DNA from: Marsupella aquatica
Taxonomy: Eukaryota > Plantae > Marchantiophyta
DNA: 64,000 nucleotides
Assembly: GCA_973895155.1 (NCBI GenBank)
Contig: OZ316897.1
Span: 16,181,375 to 16,245,374, forward strand
Reading direction: 5' to 3'
The translations under genes were made by a program, and so were the position numbers. Position 1 is the stretch's first letter, and each line of letters starts with the position of its first letter. A model generated the notes under the pieces. The model had not been told where the DNA came from. It did not search any database and worked only from the letters and a program-made list of their open reading frames with translations. Below are positions 25,788-37,955 of this stretch, piece after piece.

Positions 25788-26030
25788 CGAATGTTTTGGA
25801 GTGGGTAAACAGAATGTTGTTAGACGTGGTGGAACAGTAGTCTAAGCCCGAAGAAATCAATCATTTTAAAGTCCCCCAAAACGACTGTTCTAGTGTGGGA
25901 CAGTACTCTAGTGTCGAAGAATCCAATCATTTTTAGTCCATAAATCGAATGTTCTTGAGTGGGTAAACAGAAGGTTGTTAGTTGTGGTGGGACAGCAGCA
26001 GTCTTCTCGAAGAATCCAATCATTTTACGT
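25788..26030. repeat. Degenerate tandem repeat (~158 bp period with a ~66 bp subunit)
   Basis: GAGTGGGTAAACAGAA.GTTGTTAG at 25799 and 25957; CGAAGAA(A)TC(C)AATCATTTT at ~25849, 25915 and 26007. Confidence 0.75.
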
Positions 26031-26456
26031 CCATTAAAGTCCTGTAGTTTCTTTTTTGTCTCGAAGCACTTCCTAGTTTTAAATTGGTGGCCCCATCTCA
26101 TCCGACGAGGAACATGACCGTAGTGTGCCCCACCGGCTCACCCGGTCAGGAAGGATTTGATGCGACATGGTTTCGCTCATTGGATTGGGTGGGGTCAGCA
26201 GTCAGCAGACTGATAAAGGAGTTCAGTGAACTGGTCTAGCAAATTTTAGTTGGCTGATTCAAAAAGAGATCATTTTACACCTGCTTGGATTGGGGCCTTG
26301 ACGACAGCCAGAAAGGTGGCTTCACTCACTCTTGCGGTTTTCACATTCTCTGTTCTATCGAAGTGAACATCGTCCAGTAACAAATACGACGAAAATTGGG
26401 CGAGCTCCTGTTTTCTCAATCCAAAAGAGAAGTACCGTTGATGTGAATTTAGTGGA

Positions 26457-26779
26457 GTCATGAGTACTCTTCACAAAGCAAGCCTCGCGTTGATTTCGAG
26501 TTGTGTGTAGTGTTTGGATTCTTCACAACGTCACCAGAAGGAATTTAAGGGTCTTACTGTTCAATACAGGCAGGCTAGGACAGTATCTAAGCAAGGACCT
26601 CGAGCAGTCCCTCCACTGTCATGAGTACTCGTCACAAAGCAAGCCTCGCGTTGATTTCGAGTTGTGTGTAGTGTTTGGATTCTTCACAACGTCACCAGAA
26701 GGAATTAAGGGTCTTACTGTTCAATACAGCCAGGCTAGGACAGTATCTAAGCAAGGACCTCGAGCAGTCCCTCCACTGT
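26457..26779. repeat. Near-perfect tandem duplication, 161 bp x2
   Basis: GTCATGAGTACTC...GAGCAGTCCCTCCACT starts at 26457 and again at 26618, with only ~3 differences. Confidence 0.95.
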
Positions 26780-28111
26780 GAGAGTATGCTCTCGACGACT
26801 GCTGTCATCTCGACGACACACCTATGTCCCTCAGTCGAAATCATGGAGCTCGCAAGCAAGCAGGCATGCTCCTTCTCGGGGAGCGGAGTATCAGAATTGT
26901 TTCAATCAACGCTTCAGGTATCTGCATGGTATTCAAGTCGGGCCTCCCAGTCCAACAAAATTATGTTGATTCCACGGGTTACTCATTGGATCCGATTTAC
27001 GAAGCAGCCAGCCATTTACGACAGTCATAATAAGTCCAGAGAGACCTGTCCACCAAGGAAACTTGTGGTCCCAATCAAAAGATCCTGCATGCGTGATAGA
27101 TTCGTCAACATTGCATCCCGGTAACCGTGATAACGATTTAATACTTGGACGAAAATGAATGGAAGGAACGGTCCACGACGGCCCATCCTGTCTTGCAACA
27201 AAGCGGATGGAGAAGAGGCAATCTCCAACCTACGTGTCATTCCCTTCTGCAAAACAAATAACACAACTTCCATCGTCTAGAGTCGTCACTCATCACGCCC
27301 ATACTCATGACTCACTCTCCGAGTTCGTTAAACTCTGCTGCCCGCAGATCCATCAATGGACCTAAATGATGAAGACTGTTAGGTACTCATGTGAGCAGAT
27401 CTTCCACTTCAACAACCCTCGGTCGCTCACTTGGGATTTTGAAAGGCTTAGCCTGGGGTTGACTTCAGGCCCAACTTCAGGTAGTTTAGTTACAGCACAA
27501 TCATTACTCATAGGTGCGAGGAAAGCCGTGGCATCCGGATGGCGTCACAAACCTGTCCAAGCACCCTAAATGCATGAGAAACCCGTTGTTGACGAGACAC
27601 CCACCAATCTGAAGCCCGAGAGAGCATTGAATTGCATCTAACTGGATTCCTCCTTAACTTCACTGACCCTGAGTGTAATATTTCATAGCAAAGTAAGTTT
27701 GCTGACCGTCATGTAATTGGATTACGTCATGTAATTGGATTACCCCTAAGTTCAAGGACCCTCACTTTCAACAACAGCAGAAAGCTCCATTCATGGTAAA
27801 AATTGGATTACTCCTAAAGTGCACGGCCCTCACTTTGATTTACAACAAAAAGTTTCATTCAAGGCAACAAAAAAAACCAGTCCACTGGACCGTAAAGGCC
27901 TGACTCTCATCTATAGTGATTGGATTACTCCTAGACTTCACGTACCCTTTCACCAACAAAAAGCAATCAAGGCAAACAAAAAAAACACAAGTCTACGAGA
28001 CCGCAAGGGCCCGAAAGAACGAGAGGGTGGGAAGTGGGGTCGAAGTGTGGAAGGGACTAAGGTTACATCACACAGGCGAGGAACAGAGCGGGAGACACGA
28101 AGGGTTCAGCC

Positions 28112-31100
28112 ATGTCGGGAGTTGCATCGCGAGCCGTGCTCCTGCCAGGGCGAGCAGATGCGGCTGGGACGGCACTGTACACACAGCTGGTGGCTAATCT
28201 TGCAGGTGATTTATTCGCTATGTCTCTCGGACCCACACACTCATTTTTCATTCATTTGTTGATGTGACGAAAACCAGGCCTACGTCCGCATTGATCAAAT
28301 TGAGGGTTTAAGGCATTCACGAAGAAAAGACACTCACAATTCAGTGTATACGACACGTATTACATAATGTTAGGCCGAGGAAGGAGACATTTCGATACTT
28401 TTTGGCTTTTGTCCCCCTTGAAAGAAATTGCACTCCATGTCCTCTATCTTGGAACGCCTTGTTCTCATTGATGTGCGTCTTTGGGCTTCATTGCAATTCG
28501 TTTACTCCTTTAGACTTGTTTCCAAAGTCATCTGCGGCATGCGTGCTACCCCCTTTGAACATATTGCCGGGCTACATAATTATGCAGAGAGTGTAGCCTA
28601 AGTCATTGAAAAGTTCATGCAAGTTCCCATGCATTGATCATTGACGTGCACCGGTGTAGCTGGACGTTTCCTAGGAAATTGAATACTGAATTGGAAAGAG
28701 TTTGGTAAAGCAAAAAATTGGGTGCTACGTCTATGGCTCTGTGCGTCGAGCTTCATCATGCCATTGTTTAAGTTCGTTTTATGCCTGCAGGCGTGTCATC
28801 CGTTGAAAACCTGGAGACAGAAAAGTGTCTCGGCATACTCATTTAGTACTAATTTATCCTCCAGAGAATCACTTGGGGTTTATGGCGCGAACAGGGTTTA
28901 TGAAACCTAGCAACAGTGTCGATTCATGAATTCCTGTTGATCGGAGGCGGTAATTACACACGTTTATATATTTGTTAACTGGGCAGATGAGTCCTTGAGA
29001 TCGTGATCTTTGGAAGTCAATGGAACACAGGTCCTGCAGAGATCTCTCAATCAAGAGGTCCCTCATTTGCGGCTTGCCTTTACATTGAAATGGGAGGGCC
29101 TTGCCTGTGATATGATCGTAACATGAGTTACCCTTCTTTTCTGTTTTCAGGTCCCGGTCATTTCAGGAAGTTTCCGACCGAAGTTCCTGCGGTGGGCGAA
29201 CTAGCGGTATCCTCTATTGGGCTTGGGACATATCTGGGACCTGAAACGGATACGGCTGACCAAGAGTACCAGGAAGCTGTGACCCGAGCTTTGCCGCTTG
29301 GCATAAATGTCTTTGATGCGTATGTTCACATATATCCCAGCTTAGATATAACATCATTGTATCACTGATGGAGCTCTGGTTGGAAATCCGTAGTTCACCA
29401 CGTTTGATGATGATGTTCATATCGGAGGTTGTGCAGGCAAATAATTATTTTCAGATGCAGGAGGGTTTTAATAATAATTGGCAACAGATTTGATCTGTCC
29501 ATTTGAATATTTTCACCTCAATCAATCAACATTTATAATTGGGCTTGTGTAGGCAACTCTTTACAGCTGGAAGAGGTGTCTAATGATGATTGCCTGCAGA
29601 TTTGATCTGTCTATTTTCATATTGTCACCTCATGAGGATGCTCAAACAGAAGGTCCCCTCTTGTCTGGGCTGTGATGGGCGTTCTTACAGAGCAATCAAC
29701 TACCGATCTATGAGAAGTGAGCGCAATGTGGGAGCTGCTTTGTCTGAAGCCTTCGCACGAGGGGTCATCTCTAGGCAACAGGTTGTAGTTTGCACCAAGG
29801 GAGGGTTCCTAAGTTTTGATGTCAAAAGACCGGCAAACCCTCGCCAGTATGTTCAAGAGACATATGTCGATAGCGGAATTTTTGATTGGTCTGACTTTGT
29901 GGGCGGTTGTCATTGTATGACTCCTGCCTACATCAAAGATCAGGTGAGTAGCCATGGTAGTTGCTCGCTATTTTAGCGTTGGTACTTCACAACTGTCATT
30001 AACTTTCTGACCAGGAACTCTAGGGTCTGAAGAGGAGCCCGTTCAAAGGAATGGTTGAGTATTTCATTCAATGTTTCTGATGATGACGCTGTGGTTTGCA
30101 ATTAAAATTGGCACTACGTTGGCATTATGCAGTGGGCATAGCCTTGCCTTACCTCTTTCGACTTATCAGGGCTAATTTTGGCTTTGAGGACCGACCCTAA
30201 TTGAAATCTAACCCACATTTCCTGTGTTGATCAGCTAGAGAAAAGCAGGAACAATCTAGGTCTGGAAACTATCGATATTTACTACATACATAACCCTGAA
30301 ACGCAATTATCAACTGTTTCAAGGCAAGAGTTCTACAGCAGAATAGAGAAGGCTTTCAGAGTTCTGGAGGAGGCAGCAAAAGAAGGGAAAATCAGCGTTT
30401 ATGGGGTTGCCACTTGGAATGGATTTAGGGTGTCTCCTGAGGACCCTGGGCATCTCTCTCTCGCAGATCTGGCCACAGCTGCCCAAGCGGCTGGTTAGTT
30501 CTCTTTATATCGTAATCTCCAAAGCTTTCTCCGAATATGTATTTTTCATTGGTTTTTCTCTGTTCCGAATCTAATTTTTGGCTCAGTCCAAAATTTATTT
30601 TGCAAGGGAACTTTGTTCCACGCTTCCCTGCTGCTTAGGAAGATACCTCGTCATGTAGAAACATCTTGACACAAGAAGTGATGCCTAAGTTCACGATTTA
30701 CCCACAAACGTAATTCTGGTCCCTGACAAAGATAGAGTCCTTTCCTCGTTGAAATAGGATCCTGGACAGTACTATGCAATTGCTCGGACTTCTATCAACA
30801 AAATGCACGCTTGACGGGCAACACTAATCTTTGCTATGGGTTTTGTACACATACGTCACAATGAAAGAACTGTAAAGCGTGTTCCTGTAGTAAGTTTGTA
30901 GCTGGTTGGGATGAGTTTGGTCCATACGAGGGCTCATGTGCTTTCAATGGTGTGCAGGAGGCGATGGGCATCATTTCCGTGTCGTGCAGGCACCATTTAA
31001 CCTGCAGCTTCAAGAACTTGCCGAGAAAGACACACAAGTTGTGCAGGGGAAGCGAATGCCTTTAGTCAATGCTGCTAAAGAGCTGGGTGTTTCAGTCATA

Positions 31101-31608
31101 GCGTCTGGTTCTTTGATGCAGGTAGGGCCAAAGGGTTCAGGCCGGGCTTCTTAAAACTTCGACTGCATCTCTCCCTTCAGTCTGTTACACAAAAGCGCCC
31201 CTCTCCTCCATGTCAACAGCATCCTGCATATTATTGATTTTGCCGTTTACCACTCAGTTCTTAAAGACCGGTCAAACTGTGGTAGTATCACATGACAGCT
31301 CAAATGAGCTGGTACTTTGTGCTAGGCATCTCCTTACGTTAGAACACTTGACTAAGTTTAGAAGTCACTTGTCACAAAGCTCTGACTGCATCTTATTTCA
31401 ATATTTGCAGGCCAACCTTGCCCGAGGCTTACCACCAAAGATAAAATCATTTTTCAAGGCTTTGGGGGACACACCAACTGATGCTCAATGTGCACTACAA
31501 TTTGTGAGGACAACCCCTGGGATTTTAACAGCTTTGTCAGGGATGCGCAAGGTTTCCCATCTAGAAGAAAACGCTGGCATTATTCATAGATCAGCTCGGA
31601 CTCGGTGA
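28112..31608 (+). CDS. Aldo-keto reductase (AKR copy A), prokaryote-like subfamily; exons 28112-28205, 29151-29319, 29691-29943, 30235-30493, 30958-31121, 31411-31608; 378 aa
   Basis: All introns are GT-AG and phases are consistent (1137 nt). Motifs SSIGLGTYLG, GINVFDAAINY, CTKGG, LETIDIYYIHNPE, YGVATW, VVQAPFN and AQCALQF..TPG...SGMRKVSHLEEN. The Asp-Tyr-Lys-His tetrad is intact. Confidence 0.9.
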
Positions 31609-34161
31609 AGCATAGCCTTGTCACCCAACTTCCTAAGTCAACAGGGCAATCCTGTAAACAAGGTGCCTCCAAAATTGATAAACATGATGGACGGCTGTTG
31701 GCCTTGAGACTCCTGCTGTCAATGGTATAGACAAGCAAGAGGGCCGCTTTGCCTCATTAGATTGGAGTGATTTTTTTCCGTTCTCTATTGTCATTGTCCA
31801 TGGATTCCTATGTGTACCATCGATAATTGTTCGGCTGGTGAGATTTTCGTGCCAACGTTGTGAAGCTTTCAACTTTATAAACAATATATCGTCGGAGATC
31901 CTCTTCATTTCTATATTTCAAACTTTGAGGATGGTACGTTATTTATTGGACAGGCCATCAGTTCCTCCTTTCATGAACAGGAAGTTAGGTACTTCCAGTT
32001 TGCCACTAGTCTTATTTAGTGAAGCTGTTTTGCGAGGAAACACGTGTGTGCTCTCCAAAAGAGAAATTATACTGCCATGATTGTAGCAGTCTATAGTCTA
32101 ACCACAGAGGTCAACGCTCCAGTCCTCGTAGAGAATCACGTTGGTCCCAGAATGATAATGAGACGCTTTCCTTTCGATGCGACACGTAAATTTTGCAGGA
32201 GAAGCCCCCAAGTTAAAAGTACTTTTGGAAATCACGAATGAGCTGAACTTCTTCTCACCTATCCCATAAATTCAGGAGGGAAAATTTGAAACCCGGTGGA
32301 TGTTATCAATCCCTAAATTATCTCAAAGGGCCAAGCTGGACTGCTGAGTATCATCTAGGCCAGTCATTTGGTTCGGATCACATTGCCCCAAGTTTACAAT
32401 CCAGGCAAGTAGGTGTTGGCTGGCATGCTACAAAAGGAGTGAACTCTGAAGCTGAATTATTGTGTTTGGAGTATTCATTCGTCATAAGATATTTCCGTGC
32501 ATAGGTTTAGTTCTCATTCCGGATAGTTTCTGAAATTTCACTGTCAGGTCAACTGACCATTATTTGGTTGAAAAAGGTTTTCTCTGCCAAACGATAGCTT
32601 GACGATCTTTCCTGTGTGCTCCGACGGCATTTCCGGTGGGTTGACGTTCTGAAGCACGAGTTCTTTCCAAGTGGCGCTCGTGGACGAGATTGGGGAGAAA
32701 CCCAAAAAGTCATTAGTGAAAGACAAAAGAGTGCAAACGATCCATGCCCTTCCTCGCTCACATTCTAATGGACACAAAAGATACACAAAACCAATCACTA
32801 GAAGGCGGGAAGTTACGAGTAACAATGACGTTCAGTGAGATTCACGGTATGGGGCAATGCAACATTCAAATTTGACCGATGAGGTTCGAGTCCATCATCA
32901 GTCTTTGACATAGGAATAAGCCCCAGATTCACGTCGGATTCCTACTTTCGGCCGAGTGCCGCCTTCTGCTGAACAGGAGAAAAACACAATAACGTCAACC
33001 AGATATACGGCGGCTGAGAGCATCAAGTTTTCTTGCCGGTGACATAATCCCCCTTCAACTGTCCCGCGTCAAAGGAACGGTCAACAGACAGACCAGATGA
33101 TAAATTCAATAAACTATTGCATTTCGGTAGAGGAATTAAACCAGAGTTGATGTCATCGCGAGTGGGAAGCTAAGCATATAGTCCAGGGGACAACTAGATG
33201 ACAAGACCAGGTGGAGAAAGTGCATTTCAGAAAAAGTGAAAAAGACCCATTCTTTGAACCGAAGCCGCATAATCTCTCCTTCCGTCTTACTCTGCTCCTG
33301 CTGATGGACCCTTCAATAACGTACCCTGGATGAGGCAAATTCAGGTGCTCTGTTCAAATTGGGACATTTAGATGAGAACCACTACTAGCAGGCAGCTCCG
33401 TTAGTTGCCAGGGACACTGGCTTGCTGGCAGTTCATGATTCGACTATGATGCCATGTAGGCATGTGAGAACCTCGTTTGGCAGTCTCCTTTTCACACTAT
33501 GCAAGTCAGCCAATGCCAAGCCAACAAAACCCTGTTTTGATCGTCTTATTACGATGTGAAGCAGAGGTGAAGAGTGCACTGGCAGTCCATTAGGCAACAA
33601 GGTTCATGAATTTAAGATGGGATACTTTATCTCTGGACTCGGTCTCTCCCGAACTCTCATTTCCGAAGTGGATGAAACGGTCACAACACTGTCCCAATTC
33701 TCACGCTTTGGTCTTTTCCCCTTCTCCCAAAAATTAGTGCAGCTAATTCACTTCCCTTGAGATTCAACCCCACAGCAATAAGGTTTGGCCACAACTGCTA
33801 TGCAGCCCAGGCGCCCACCAGCCGACTGGGTGACGCTGTGTCCTTGTGCATCAAAGAACAATCTATTATATTATGAACTGATACTTGGTGTTTCTCAATC
33901 ATCATTTTCCTTCCTCTCACCCAATGGTGAATCGTTGGTCCTCAAGCGACCAAAGCACAGTACTATGCATTATCTTGTTCGTTAGCCGTTAGTCATCTGT
34001 CACCCACATCGAGCAATTGAGATTTCAAGCTTCATAGAAGTGTTGGTGGGGTGAGGGAAAATTGTCCGGTCTCGGGAAGAAAGGCTAATCTGCTGCCAGT
34101 CTGAGGTCGTTCGTTTCCACTTTAGGATTTGGAATATTGGAGAAAACGGAAGAAAGTAGGT

Positions 34162-37100
34162 ATGGTGACGAGGATTCTCTCACCCCCGCCAGAACTGATG
34201 CCAGGGCAGGCGAATATAGTGGGAACAGATTCATACATTCGGCTGTTCCCATCACCAAACACGGGTAGGATTGAGCAACCGCTCAAGACGCGACAGTGAC
34301 TTAGCTTCTATCCCCGCCCCACCCCGTTTCTTGAGAATGCGAATGTGTGAATATCTTTAGTATTAGGACTTTGGATACTGTTCAAAATTTGACGAACAAG
34401 GAATCACTCCACAGATCTCCGATTGGGGTAACCTGACAATCTATGATATCTCACCTGAGTGATCATATCATGGTCACAGAGGAACTAAGTCGCCCCAATT
34501 GGAGATCTCCTCATGGGCAAGAGGTAACGGGTCGTATCCACAGATCTCTAATTGAGGCAAAGTATAGAAAGCACAACATGGCAAAACTGCCAGAAGAAAC
34601 TTAAAAGAATTGAAGGAAAGAGAACCGTCCACAATAGTGAGAGACAGCAACATCGTTATCTTCATTGATTGCCTGCTTGCCATAATCGCCAGCCCCTTTC
34701 TCCGATACTATAGTTACCATAAACTCAGTAGCAACAGCTAAACTTGTATCGTCCAGCCGGAGCCTGTGCCCTCACACCAATTCCCAATTTAGGTTACAAT
34801 TGACATTCCCTTGCTTCACGAAGTGAGACCCACACATCACAGGGAAATGGGGAGTAGAATCACCGATTTGGAATGCGTAAAAACGGTGCAAAACAAATTA
34901 AGAGTGGTCTGATTCGATTTATGTATAAATTCCTTGCAACAAAGTTGGTGTTGAATGGTCACAGTGATCAGGTCGGTTGCCGGAGAGCAGGGCCCAAATT
35001 TCACACTGTTCTCATATTTGAAGCCGCCACGTGTTTTAAATTTTTGGCTAGTTTGTGCTGACAAATCTCATAATTATACTAATGTAAAATTCGGCCATCT
35101 CCAGGAGCTGAACACTTCAGAAGGATATGCACCAAGGTGCCAGGGGTTGGGGACCTCTTAGTCTCGTCCGTCGGAATTGGCACAGGAGGTGGACCCGAGA
35201 CTGATGAAGGAGACACAGATTATCGCCTCTCTGTCCCACGAGCATTGGCTCTTGGTATAAATATCATTGACACGTGAGTGCAGGCCAGCAACCTGAATTT
35301 ATTTGTCGCCATAGAATCTCAACCTTTGAACAGTACAGTGGTCTGTAGATCGTCCTATGCAACGAACTGTAAAATAACGATTGGCAACGTTCCCTGAAAA
35401 GACACAGAAAGCAATTCCCGCAGCAGAGCATTGCAGAAATCTTGATTCCGTAACGCCTATGCCTTTCTGTAGAGCTAAAAAGGCGATGCAAATGTCTAGG
35501 TAGATGGTGGGCAATCATGGCGTTCTTCTTCGTTGTGGTCAGTGTTTGGGGAACTGCAGTTTGCGTTGCCTTGGTTGCAGTGATAGTTTTTTGCCATCAT
35601 TCATAATTCTCTTTGGTTTCCTTTAGCCCTCTGGCAGGATGTGGGGGCGGTCCAAAGAAGAATCACAAGACCTGATGTAAACCAAAGATCTAGGCACATT
35701 AACACTGCCCAACCTTCGCAAGCCACTCCTTTATGTAGATGAATATAATTGATCACAGTTGAAGAGCAATAACCAAACTTGATTTGCTTAGCTATGTGTT
35801 TGCCTGGTCGGTTTTTACCTCTTCCGCAATATCTTAGCGGAGAAAATTATGAGGACGTAGAGGGGAAGGTAACACATAATCTCCGAGTTTGCCTGTGCCC
35901 TACCTGTAGCAAAGCTTCCACTGAAAGCGAGCTTCGGCCAATGTTAGAGAGGATGCTGCCAGTCACAAAATTGCAGGAAATTCATCCCCGTGTGGGCAAG
36001 GCGATGTGAAAAACGCTCCTGCCATTGTACCTCTGAAATAATCTGTTAAGTCTAGAGGTCTAAGGGTTGAATAAGTCTGTTCTGATCCCGGTTGTGATCT
36101 GAGGAGCACAGAAGACCAGTTTTGTTATCACATTTGGCTCATACAACCGCGCCAGTGTCTTCCATATGCAGGTCGATCAGTTACAGAAGTATGCGCAGTG
36201 AGCGAGCTGTGGGATGGGCACTAGCCAAAGCAGTAACAGAAGGGCAAATACAAAGGGCTCAAGTTGTGGTATGCACAAAAGGAGGGTATCTGACCTTCGA
36301 ATGTGATCGACCAGCCTATAACCTGAATCCTAAACAGTGGATAGAGAATACTTACTTCAAAAGAGGAATCATCTCGACGTGGGCTGACATCGTTCATGGC
36401 ATTCATTGCATTGCCCCAAAATTTATTCGAAATCAGGTGAGTGGTCCATGAATGGAGGAACACGCAGTATCCGACTTATGCTATAGAGTCTTCATACATG
36501 CGTTTTATGTCTATCCTTGTCAGGTGTTTAGTCCCCATATGAATCTCACAGAGGAGTTGCTTCAATTCAAGTCAGAGTGATTCCTTTTCAAAGTCTGGCT
36601 GTTGTCCTCACATTACAGGCTCTCTAATGTCTAACAAGAAGATTGAATGTATAAATGTCTAGCTTCTGCTTTCCCATTGCATGTAAATTTTAAAATGCAG
36701 AGGTACTAAATATGAGTATGCTTGGGGTACTGTCTCTCGTAGGTGGATAGAAGCAGGAAGAATCTGGGGTTGCACACCATTGACATCTATTATTTGCAAA
36801 ATCCTGAAGTACAACTTTTAGCAGTGTCGAGAAATGAGTTCCAGCGAAGGATGGTGAATGCCTTCAAAACCCTCGAGGAACTTTGTGCTGAGGGAAAGAT
36901 TTGCATATACGGGGTTTCCTCCTGGAACGGGTTCAGAGTCCCCTACGAGTCCGAGGACCATCTTTCTTTGGAAGACTGCGTTCACGCCGCTTATGCTGCT
37001 GGTCACTCTCCTCGCATCACTCCTATCACTCTCATCTTTGCTCGTGTATGTCCTCCTTGTCGATTTCTTTTCAAACTGCAGGCGACCCTGCACTTCATTT

Positions 37101-37955
37101 ATTTCGTTCGACTGGAGCTATGCATATCTTTCCTGACCAAAGGGCCCCTAAGCCAGAAAACCCAGGATGACAATCGACTATGTTTTTTCATTATTCTCCT
37201 TCGTTTGCTTTCAATGGGCTGTATTTAACCAGGCATATCTGGATGTCGCTATCTTGAAAGTACATTGGATAGAATTTAAATGTGCAGGTGGTGATAACCA
37301 TCGCTTTCGGGTAGTTCAAGTCCCATTCAACCTGCAAATGCGAGAAGCATCTGAGTCACCCACGCAAGAAGTGAACGACGAGCTGCTGTCTTTCCTTGGC
37401 GCTGCTGCTCATTTTGGGCTGAGCGTCATTGCCTGTGGAGCTTTACAGCAGGTTCATCCTCCTTTCCTGTAACACTTTCAGAATCACTTCTTAGAAGTTT
37501 GTCTCTGCAGTCGATCATCCATACTAAAAATAAACGAATTCTTGCATTTTCTTGAATCCCGTGGTATTCACTGGAGACCCACTAGACTTAGTCTCTTTTC
37601 CTCCATGACCTAAGTGACGCAACTATATAAATCGAAAAGGAGGTGAAGTTAACACTGCGCTGGTTTGGGGGATGGGATGCAGCAAAAACTCACGGGCTAT
37701 TGTGGAGATATCATTCGGGACCAGCGCTTACCAGTGCAAGTCCTACATTGCATTGCAGATCTGGGCGACCAGGCAACAGATGCCCAATGTGCTCTTCAAT
37801 TTGCTAGAACAACTCCGGGTATTGTGACAGCTATTGCGGGAATGCGCAGCCATTTTCATGTGGAAGAAAACGCAGAAATTGTGAAGCGACTAGCCACCTA
37901 TCAGTTCCATCCAGAGTTGAATACTGATCCTTTCCAATGGCGCCTAGGTGATTAA
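34162..37955 (+). CDS. Aldo-keto reductase (AKR copy B), tandem paralog with catalytic His->Gln; exons 34162-34264, 35105-35273, 36172-36436, 36743-37001, 37288-37451, 37683-37955; 410 aa
   Basis: Same intron positions and phases as copy A; exons 2, 4 and 5 have identical lengths (169, 259, 164). Open frame of 1233 nt. Motifs SSVGIGTGGG, GINIIDTSISY, CTKGG, IDIYYLQNPE, VVQVPFN, AQCALQFARTTPG. Exons 1-2 are absent from the supplied ORF track and were found by hand. Confidence 0.85.

Noticed and set aside
25788-26030. Repeat-spacer-like pattern (CRISPR?)
   Set aside because: Eukaryotic context, only 2-3 degenerate units, the intervening sequences are themselves homologous, and no cas genes.
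32870-32905. GGTTCGAGTCC B-box/T-loop hairpin suggesting a tRNA or SINE
   Set aside because: No A-box, D-arm or anticodon arm upstream, and no cloverleaf can be formed.
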